Part shown: piece by piece, positions 1 through 6,987 of the stretch
Layout: the number at the start of each line of letters is the position of its first letter
Numbering within the stretch: the stretch's first letter is position 1
DNA from: Nitrosarchaeum sp.
Lineage (GTDB): Archaea > Thermoproteota > Nitrososphaeria > Nitrososphaerales > Nitrosopumilaceae
Direction: 5' to 3'
Assembly (NCBI GenBank): GCA_965223865.1
Contig: OZ245020.1
Location: forward strand, 1,600,001 to 1,664,000
Length of the DNA: 64,000 bases
The notes under the pieces: model-generated
Database searches by the model: none
What the model saw: the letters and a program-made list of their open reading frames with translations, nothing else
Told to the model about the DNA's origin: nothing
Translations under genes and position numbers: made by a program

Positions 1-604
1 GAACTGCAGAGAAAACCTTACCCTCACATAATAGACCTAGGTTTTCAGTCAACGTGTGAGAATTATCAGGCTCACCATAAGACAGGTTTTCATCTCCATC
101 ATCCCAAATCCCCTTTACGATTCCTTGTACTGGTTTTACCACTACTTGAGAATCATCAAATCCAGGATTTCCAAATACATTGAGTTGGTGGGGTCCTTTT
201 GGATTACTAGTATCATCATTTGTCATTTTATGGATATGCATACCATCAATATCATCTAATGCACCATCAGGCGTATGGTGATCAGTATTACTATCAATTA
301 ATTCCATACCAGTGACCTGAATTTTGTACTTTAGAGCTTTACCCTTTTTGTCTAGCCATGCAGTCATCTTACAATCCAGTTCCTCAAAGTTTCCTGGAGG
401 CAAAAATTGTTCTGCAAAGGGTGTTATGATACAGTTTTCAGAAACAAAGCTAGGTTTTTTTTGAAAATTTAGTTTTTTTCTATCATCATGATCATCATCA
501 TCTCTGTCTGCAGCAGCTTGTTGTATGTTGCCTGCAGTGATTAACGATGCAGATAATATCGCTCCTAACGTTATTACAAAAAATGCACGTGTTTTTGAAT
601 TCAT
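1..604 (-). CDS. Secreted CHRD-like domain protein, truncated by the window edge
   Basis: Hand translation from ATG 604: MNSKTRAFFVITLGAILSASLITAG (signal peptide)...ALKYKIQVTGMEL...IDGMHIH...GPHQLNVFG...LCEGKVFSAV; open to position 1. LxYxI, HIH, GP and G-x-[VL]-F-x-x-V match the CHRD pattern. Confidence 0.6.
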   Translation of the reverse strand, partial: MNSKTRAFFVITLGAILSASLITAGNIQQAAADRDDDDHDDRKKLNFQKKPSFVSENCIITPFAEQFLPPGNFEELDCKMTAWLDKKGKALKYKIQVTGMELIDSNTDHHTPDGALDDIDGMHIHKMTNDDTSNPKGPHQLNVFGNPGFDDSQVVVKPVQGIVKGIWDDGDENLSYGEPDNSHTLTENLGLLCEGKVFSAV

Positions 605-836
605 TGATTGAAGTTTCTTTATTTTTATTCTTAATCAGTTTGGTATATTCGTAGAATGTACCTATTTTTGTTAAAAAGCCGGATTAAGAGTGTGGTGATT
701 ATTTTGATACCAAAATAATGTTAATGCTGTGAATGATTTCTTGAATTATTTTGAAAATCTAAACCCTCATACAAATCACAACCTAATGAAAATTTCCTAT
801 CTTTTATCAAAATTTCTCATATCTTTTTGATTTTAT

Positions 837-3800
837 TTGGGAAACTATTGGTCACTGTCAAACATCCAAAAACCAAGTGGACATCTTGACTCTGTAAGAG
901 ATTTTTTAGGAATAACAGACAAGTCAAAGATATCATGCTGCCAGGTAATCGTACCCATATCTATTGACGTCAAGCTTGCTATACAGTCAGCTTCTAATAT
1001 TCTGGGATTGCCATCAAAGAACCCATACCACAACACAGTACGCTCCTTTGAGATCTGGTGGAACGGCGCAAAAAAGCAATTAAAGCTAGTTCTGGTATCG
1101 CATTCCCCTGAAGACTTGGAATCATTCAAGACTTCATTCTCACAAATGTATCCCAATACCACATATTCTGACCTGAAAACAATTTCACCGGAATGGTACA
1201 ACATATCAAAAGAATACAAGATATTTGACGTGTCAACTCGCCACGGTCACTACAGTACCCTGTTTGACAGGTCAAATGCCCATAGTACCATCACCAGAGT
1301 TGCAAACACGATACAGCTTGCTAATTTTGCATGGATTCAGTTTGTATTTGCACCATACAATTTTACCCCGTATCTCAAGTCTCACCACAACCAGCTAAAC
1401 CGCAGAATAAAATTTGTTACAAGCAAAAAGTTTCGTAGCTGGATTGATGAGATCAAAGATATCAAGCCATACGAGAATCCGGAAAACGGAATGGACTTTT
1501 ACAACAACTACAAGACTATGCAGTCAGACACTTCACAGAAGATGCAAAAGTCGCATGTCATCATGAGCATCAGAGGATTGTTGTCCTCATCTGAAAATAG
1601 TAATTTAGAATCAATTCCATTTGATGATATAAAGTCAAACTATGAGCATCTAACCTCATACACATACAACTATTCAAAGTTCTGCAACAAAAAACCAAAG
1701 AGAGCTGGCTCTCCAATTACAATATCCGGAGAAAAGAAACATTTTGAACGCCAATCATTATTTGAGTTAAGGCTGATTCCTGCTGCAAAAAAGTCACTTG
1801 AAAATGCAATTAGTGGCTACTTTAATGCGTCAAAACTTACCGGGGATTACAAAATTAGAAAGCCACTACCATTTCTCGTACTGAATAATGACGAGATGTC
1901 TTTGTTTGTGCACCTACCTGATGCAGTAACTACAAAAAACTTGCAGACATCAAGGAATGTCTCATTGCCAACCAAGATAACATCAAAGAAGGGATTCAAT
2001 CTAGGATATTTGCAAGAATCCAAGATTAATTTTAGCCAGTATGGTAAAATTGTAAAATCAACTGACCAACAATGCTCAGTAGTATCGCCTGCAGATTTCT
2101 CGAGGCATGGCTATATCGTGGGTGGAACTGGTTCAGGCAAGACCACACTACTAAGAATAATTGCAAAGCATCTGGAGACATCAAATCTCAATGGAGAGTT
2201 CCCAAACAGTTTCATTTACCTGGATCCAAAAGGTGATGACTCACTCAAGTTCATCGAACAGTGTGGCAAACAATCAATTGAAAACCACAACGTACACTTT
2301 TTGGATCCAATTGAAACTGATTTCTCAATCAATCCATTGGAATTACCAAGGTATTCTCCTGAGAAAAGACAAGAGACAGTGTCCCGATATGTCGGATATT
2401 TCATGGATATTCTAAAGGAGTGGTACAAACAGCAGCAGAGCTTTGTGCAGATGGAGAGAATCTTTCGCGTGTTGCTCTTTTACATGTACCAGAACAATGA
2501 TGCACCAACTTTTTTGGACATGTATGATATCATAATAAACATCCAAGAAGAACAAGAAAAGTTTCTGCAGATAATGTTCAAGGCATTAGGGATGCCAGAT
2601 TCAGAAGCAATGAAGCAAGCTTTGACATCAATTGCAACATTACGTCCTGAATCATTTGTGCCATTGCTAAACAGAGTTGAGCAGTTTGCAACAGACCCAA
2701 TACTAAAAAAGGTGTTTTGTGTCAGACATGGAACCGTAAAGTTTGAAGATTTGATAAAACCAAACCAGTACACAATAGTCAGGATATCATCGCTACACTT
2801 GGCGCACCACATACAACCATTGGCAATCCAAGCTTTTGTCATAAAGTTGTGGTTTACCATACAGGAAAGAGCATCTCACACCACAGAGAATGACAGAAAC
2901 TATGTCATTCTAGCTTTGGATGAGTTCCAGATAGTATCAGATTTGCATGTGTTGCCGATGATACTATCGCAAGCGAGATCATATCGTCTTGGGTTGTTGT
3001 TGGCACACCAGACTACGGCTCAAATTTCAGACTCTTTACTAGAAGAAATAACTGGAAACTGTGGGACTCAGCTAGCCGGAAGAATATCAGGCAAGGATGC
3101 ATCAAAACTTGCAAACATCTGGGATCCTCGATTCTCAAAGGAGATTCAGCAGCAGCTAGCCTCGCAAGAAGACTATCACTGGACCATCAAGATGAGAGCA
3201 GAACCAGGCGAAGAACAGCCCACACCACTCCAGTTCTGGTTGCACAACCCGCCACCAAATCTCAATGAGAATGGGCATTTTCTTGATAATTTTATCTCAA
3301 AGCAAAAGAAACTGTATGGGAATTATGATGGAGATGATGACAAAAAAGAGAGTTCATTTGATGAAGATGACAATTCCTCCATTTTACAGCAAAAACAGAT
3401 TCAAAGAGACAGGTGGATGAGACACATCACAGTTTCACTTCCTGCAAAAGAGCAATGGCAAATAATGGTGGCATTGCACAAAAACAAGAAGAGTCCACTC
3501 CTGCTAACTGAAATCACAGAGCAAGTCAGAGCTGAGACACGTGATGATGTCATATCTATACTAAAGAAGATGATAAAAAATGGAATTGTAGAAAAGGATG
3601 ATTCAACCCGGAATGTAAAATATTTTCTGTCCAAAAAGGCTGTCAAGAACTATTTCACATTTGATGATACTAAAATTGGAACAGCTAAAGACATTTCAAG
3701 AATAACACAAAAGGTCATAAAAAATTATCTGGACAAGGGAGTGTTCATCACCATAGCATCTCAGAATATTGAAAAAGACAAGTATCGCCCTGACCTGATT

Positions 3801-4013
3801 GGATATCATTATGATGAGGAAAAATCAATCAGTATAGAGATAGAGTCGGCAAGTGAATTGACAAGCCATCCAGAACATGTCCGACTCAACATGGAAAAGT
3901 GGAAGGACATGGGATTTGACATGTGTCATTGCTGGTCTGAAAGCAAGAAACTATTGGAGGTTTATGATTACCAGGTAACGGACAAGAAAAATGTCAAGGC
4001 ATTTCTAATTTAA
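837..4013 (+). CDS. VirD4/TraG-like type IV coupling ATPase with C-terminal wHTH and PD-(D/E)xK-like domain
   Basis: Walker A HGYIVGGTGSGKT, YLDPKGD, INPLE, Walker B LALDEFQ, SQARSYRLGLLLAHQ; C-terminal RPDLIG...ISIEIES. Confidence 0.85.
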   Translation: MGNYWSLSNIQKPSGHLDSVRDFLGITDKSKISCCQVIVPISIDVKLAIQSASNILGLPSKNPYHNTVRSFEIWWNGAKKQLKLVLVSHSPEDLESFKTSFSQMYPNTTYSDLKTISPEWYNISKEYKIFDVSTRHGHYSTLFDRSNAHSTITRVANTIQLANFAWIQFVFAPYNFTPYLKSHHNQLNRRIKFVTSKKFRSWIDEIKDIKPYENPENGMDFYNNYKTMQSDTSQKMQKSHVIMSIRGLLSSSENSNLESIPFDDIKSNYEHLTSYTYNYSKFCNKKPKRAGSPITISGEKKHFERQSLFELRLIPAAKKSLENAISGYFNASKLTGDYKIRKPLPFLVLNNDEMSLFVHLPDAVTTKNLQTSRNVSLPTKITSKKGFNLGYLQESKINFSQYGKIVKSTDQQCSVVSPADFSRHGYIVGGTGSGKTTLLRIIAKHLETSNLNGEFPNSFIYLDPKGDDSLKFIEQCGKQSIENHNVHFLDPIETDFSINPLELPRYSPEKRQETVSRYVGYFMDILKEWYKQQQSFVQMERIFRVLLFYMYQNNDAPTFLDMYDIIINIQEEQEKFLQIMFKALGMPDSEAMKQALTSIATLRPESFVPLLNRVEQFATDPILKKVFCVRHGTVKFEDLIKPNQYTIVRISSLHLAHHIQPLAIQAFVIKLWFTIQERASHTTENDRNYVILALDEFQIVSDLHVLPMILSQARSYRLGLLLAHQTTAQISDSLLEEITGNCGTQLAGRISGKDASKLANIWDPRFSKEIQQQLASQEDYHWTIKMRAEPGEEQPTPLQFWLHNPPPNLNENGHFLDNFISKQKKLYGNYDGDDDKKESSFDEDDNSSILQQKQIQRDRWMRHITVSLPAKEQWQIMVALHKNKKSPLLLTEITEQVRAETRDDVISILKKMIKNGIVEKDDSTRNVKYFLSKKAVKNYFTFDDTKIGTAKDISRITQKVIKNYLDKGVFITIASQNIEKDKYRPDLIGYHYDEEKSISIEIESASELTSHPEHVRLNMEKWKDMGFDMCHCWSESKKLLEVYDYQVTDKKNVKAFLI

Positions 4014-4333
4014 AACACTTCATCTAATGGATTGTAACTATTGGTATCATCTTGCTTTTCCTGCATAGGGGTTTTTGATTCTAATTGTTTTTCATCAGTT
4101 GTTTCTGGATTGATCTTTTGAATCTTTTCAATCTCATTTTTTGATAGCTTGTGGTTTATTTTTCGTACACCAAATGTTGCATCATTAACCAGTTCAACAT
4201 ACAGAAAACTGCCTGAATGGATATTCATCTTTTTGACGATTTCAGATGGAATGCTAAAACACAACGAACCGCTGCCCTCACCCCATACATTTCTGATGAA
4301 GCAATATGACGGTTTACTACTGCTGATTCTCAT
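4010..4333 (-). CDS. AbrB/MazE/SpoVT-like DNA-binding protein
   Basis: GSGSLCFSIPSEIVKKMNIHSGSFLYVEL motif; start moved to ATG 4333, 27 bp downstream of TTAAATACAAA at 4360 (minus strand). Confidence 0.7.
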   Translation of the reverse strand: MRISSSKPSYCFIRNVWGEGSGSLCFSIPSEIVKKMNIHSGSFLYVELVNDATFGVRKINHKLSKNEIEKIQKINPETTDEKQLESKTPMQEKQDDTNSYNPLDEVF

Positions 4334-4362
4334 AGCATGACATATTTCATTTGTATTTAACC

Positions 4363-4406
4363 TCCTGACTGTCAGGATAATCCGGACTGTCATGACCATC
4401 CTGACT
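4363..4406. repeat. 18-bp-period array of palindromic boxes TCCTGAC-T-GTCAGGA (operator or oriT candidate)
   Basis: 4363-4377 tcctgactgtcagga (perfect inverted repeat), 4381-4395 tccggactgtcatga, 4399-4406 tcctgact. Confidence 0.75.
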
Positions 4407-4780
4407 ATATTTTTGATGATTTGGTGTGAATTATGGGCTAATCAGGCACAAAAACACGACAAACTTCCCTAAACTGCACAAAATCTACAAAGTTCGCAAT
4501 TATACCTAATAGTTGATAATTTTATTATTTTTTTCTTTTTTTGAATTTTAGATTTTCTAAGGAAAATCATCCAAGGTTAAATCAAACTGAATAATACCAT
4601 TTCATGAATGAAATCCAGTATTTCAAACTATTAAAAGAAACAGTAAGAGAATCCAAAAAATTTGGAAGAATAATAATTGTTGTTAACAAGAATTCCCTAG
4701 ATGTAGAGAAACACTAGACAGAATTGAGTCTGAAATCAGAAAAGTAGCAACTCTAAATTAAAAGTATCAATCATTTTATT

Positions 4781-5299
4781 TTGTATTTGGCATACAATAA
4801 ACTAAATGTTGATTTTTCCCACAGACCATACTTTCTCAATCTTGTACTGATTCTTGTGATTGGCTACTTTTGTCTTTTGATGGTACCTATGATTTTGGGT
4901 CTTGTACCAGATTTTATTGTTAACCTTTCTCCATATGGAGTTCTTTTATCATTATACTTTGTACTGGGTATTCCAACCTATATTTACTCTAGAAAGATTT
5001 TCAGAGGAATCTCAGGGAGTACACGCTCTAAAATCTTAATAGTTTCATTTTTTATTCTATTTGGATTTCACTTGTTTCTGTTGAATTCACACCACATCTA
5101 TTCTTATTTTGAATCAGACAAAGAGGACAGATTTTCCAAAATCGCTGAGGAGATTAGACAAAGGATTCCAGATGAGACAAGATTTGAAGGACTGTCAGAT
5201 CCTGAAATATTTGAGATTCTATATACTGAACATATGTGTCTAGAAGAAGGAGAATTTTGTGAGCGATACCGTGATCTTCTCAGCATCTCAAAACCATAG
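4781..5299 (+). CDS. Hypothetical membrane protein (about 3 TM helices)
   Basis: 172-aa ORF with three hydrophobic segments and a charged C-terminal tail. Confidence 0.6.
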   Translation: MYLAYNKLNVDFSHRPYFLNLVLILVIGYFCLLMVPMILGLVPDFIVNLSPYGVLLSLYFVLGIPTYIYSRKIFRGISGSTRSKILIVSFFILFGFHLFLLNSHHIYSYFESDKEDRFSKIAEEIRQRIPDETRFEGLSDPEIFEILYTEHMCLEEGEFCERYRDLLSISKP

Positions 5300-5300
5300 C

Positions 5301-5561
5301 CTATCTAGTCCTAGAATTGTTTTTTCTCCATGTTAGGAGATATCTTATCATATAGACCAAAATTAGGCTCAACAGCACATAATACAGAATGGTCCCATAG
5401 GGAAACGGAAGCAATAGATGAAGTCCCATCTGTATTCCTGAAAGTACTGCCCATCCTACTATCGCAGTCAAGGTTACGATAATGATGATTTTGGTCTTGG
5501 AGTCAGCAGTTATGTTCATTTTAGTTTGAGGTTTTGTAATTGTGAATGTATTGTTTTCCAT
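5301..5561 (-). CDS. Small two-TM membrane protein
   Basis: Two hydrophobic helices (IIIIVTLTAIVGWAVL; TILYYVLLSLILVYMI) and a basic C-terminus. Confidence 0.6.
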   Translation of the reverse strand: MENNTFTITKPQTKMNITADSKTKIIIIVTLTAIVGWAVLSGIQMGLHLLLPFPYGTILYYVLLSLILVYMIRYLLTWRKNNSRTR

Positions 5562-5641
5562 TTATTGAGAGAATCTATCATACTCTTTACAGAGTTAGAG
5601 ATTCTTTTCAGGAGAATCAAGCAAATGATTAGCCTTTTTTG

Positions 5642-5764
5642 CTAGCCATTAATGGCATTCCAACAACAGCATTCATCCCATGAACAATTTGGACACTCTT
5701 TTGGAGACACACTATGTTTGCATTCTTCTGGAGTACAACCGCAATCAGCACAATTGATTTGCAC
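5642..5764 (-). CDS. Cys-rich metallothionein-like microprotein (40 aa, 9 Cys)
   Basis: Hand translation from GTG: MQINCADCGCTPEECKHSVSPKECPNCSWDECCCWNAING; AAGAAC-TTTTTAT promoter about 28 bp upstream. Confidence 0.6.
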   Translation of the reverse strand: MQINCADCGCTPEECKHSVSPKECPNCSWDECCCWNAING

Positions 5765-5949
5765 AAATATGGTGTGATGCTCTAAGATAAAAAGTTCTTA
5801 CTCGAATCAAAATTTTTGCCCTTTTCTGTTTCATTCTTTTAGAAAAATCAAATTCTTAGTTGTGTTATGATGATTATTTTGTTAAACAAAGCTATGAACG
5901 ATTTATCAGTTCTACCATTCCCTTTTATCAAATTATTCGAACATACAAT

Positions 5950-6120
5950 ATGGAAATGGAAATACCTATACCCTGTCCCAAGTGCAGTGGAAAGATGCGT
6001 TGCATTTCATATGAGGGTGCAACGTTACAAATTTTGAGAAAGAGAAGCTGGCAGGTCTGTAAGACTTGTGATTTTGAGAGAAGCACTGATGATTTTAAGC
6101 GACTGCTTTGTTGTGTGTAA
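5950..6120 (+). CDS. Small zinc-finger protein (CPKC...CKTC)
   Basis: MEMEIPIPCPKCSGKM...QVCKTCDFERS; ATG 5950 is 27 bp downstream of the ccTTTTATCAAA box. Confidence 0.7.
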   Translation: MEMEIPIPCPKCSGKMRCISYEGATLQILRKRSWQVCKTCDFERSTDDFKRLLCCV

Positions 6121-6236
6121 GAAACCGACAAAGATTGATTATCATTGTTCCATTATGTGACACATTTCTTTTATTCTCATTACCAATATTTTTTGTCACA
6201 TCATAATCATATACAATGTCTTGATTTACATAAAAA

Positions 6237-6395
6237 ATGGCAACTTCAAAGAAAGCAACCAGAAAAACTGCATCTAAAAGAACAACAGCAAAGAAATCAA
6301 CATCATCAAAGAGAAAAACAGCAGCAGCAAGATCTGAAGCTTCAAAAAAAGGCTGGGCAACCAGAAGAAAGAACGCAAAGAAATCCAAAAAATAG
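6237..6395 (+). CDS. Small highly basic histone-H1-like protein (52 aa)
   Basis: Hand translation MATSKKATRKTASKRTTAKKSTSSKRKTAAARSEASKKGWATRRKNAKKSKK; followed by a hairpin and T-rich run. Confidence 0.7.
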   Translation: MATSKKATRKTASKRTTAKKSTSSKRKTAAARSEASKKGWATRRKNAKKSKK

Positions 6396-6403
6396 CCTCA
6401 AAT

Positions 6404-6439
6404 GACAGTATCTTGTAAGATAGACTGTCTTTATTTTTC
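6404..6439 (+). terminator. Hairpin plus T-rich run after the basic microprotein gene
   Basis: gacagt-atctt-gt-aagat-ag-actgtc followed by tttatttttc. Confidence 0.4.
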
Positions 6440-6606
6440 TAACTGAATTAGTTCATTTAATATCGGAGATGCGATGTCTCGAGATAATGCCTGGTCTAAT
6501 CTAATAAAATCAAGGCATAGTTTCACAGTTGGGAATAACTTTAGAAAATTTATGATTGAAAAGAAAAAATATTTTTTGCTTTTATTTAATTTGATAATAC
6601 CATTGC

Positions 6607-6744
6607 ATGAGAATCAAATGCAAAAGATGTTCACATAAACAGGACATTGCATATGACAGAATAATCTTTGATGATGAGGACGAGAAAGTTTTTGTCAGTT
6701 ATCTTGCAGCAGAGATGGCAAAATCTGAAGATACAGGAGAATAA
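6607..6744 (+). CDS. Microprotein with N-terminal CxxC (45 aa)
   Basis: MRIKCKRCSHKQDIAYDRIIFDDEDEKVFVSYLAAEMAKSEDTGE; ATG is 27 bp after the tgcTTTTAT box at 6580. Confidence 0.45.
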   Translation: MRIKCKRCSHKQDIAYDRIIFDDEDEKVFVSYLAAEMAKSEDTGE

Positions 6745-6788
6745 AAACAATATTTTTTGCTTTTATGAAAAAATTCCATTGCCATTTA

Positions 6789-6941
6789 ATGGAGTCACCC
6801 AAAGAGTCTTGCAACATTTCAAAGAAGATTCATTGCGGCAAAGTAATTACTGATGAATATGCAGGAGAATTAGTCTGTCAAAAGTGTGGCGTCGTACTGG
6901 AAGAAAAGACTCCATCATACAACCAAGAAAAAGTGAAATAG
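6789..6941 (+). CDS. Stand-alone TFIIB/TFB-type zinc-ribbon protein (50 aa)
   Basis: MESPKESCNISKKIHCGKVITDEYAGELVCQKCGVVLEEKTPSYNQEKVK; VITD...GELVCxxCGVVLEE is the TFB N-terminal ribbon signature. In-frame alternative ATG at 6765. Confidence 0.65.
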   Translation: MESPKESCNISKKIHCGKVITDEYAGELVCQKCGVVLEEKTPSYNQEKVK

Positions 6942-6987
6942 AATTATCATAATTTCTGCCTTTTTAACAAAATAGTCATCTCATTTT

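Noticed and set aside
940-949. gccaggtaa (and ccaggtaa at 3971) resembling the tRNA 3' end as a possible second att site
   Set aside because: Only 8-9 bp matches, inside the virD4 coding sequence; expected by chance.
6095-6405. ORF-track calls 6095-6388 (-) and 6145-6405 (+)
   Set aside because: Shadow frames of the basic microprotein at 6237-6395.
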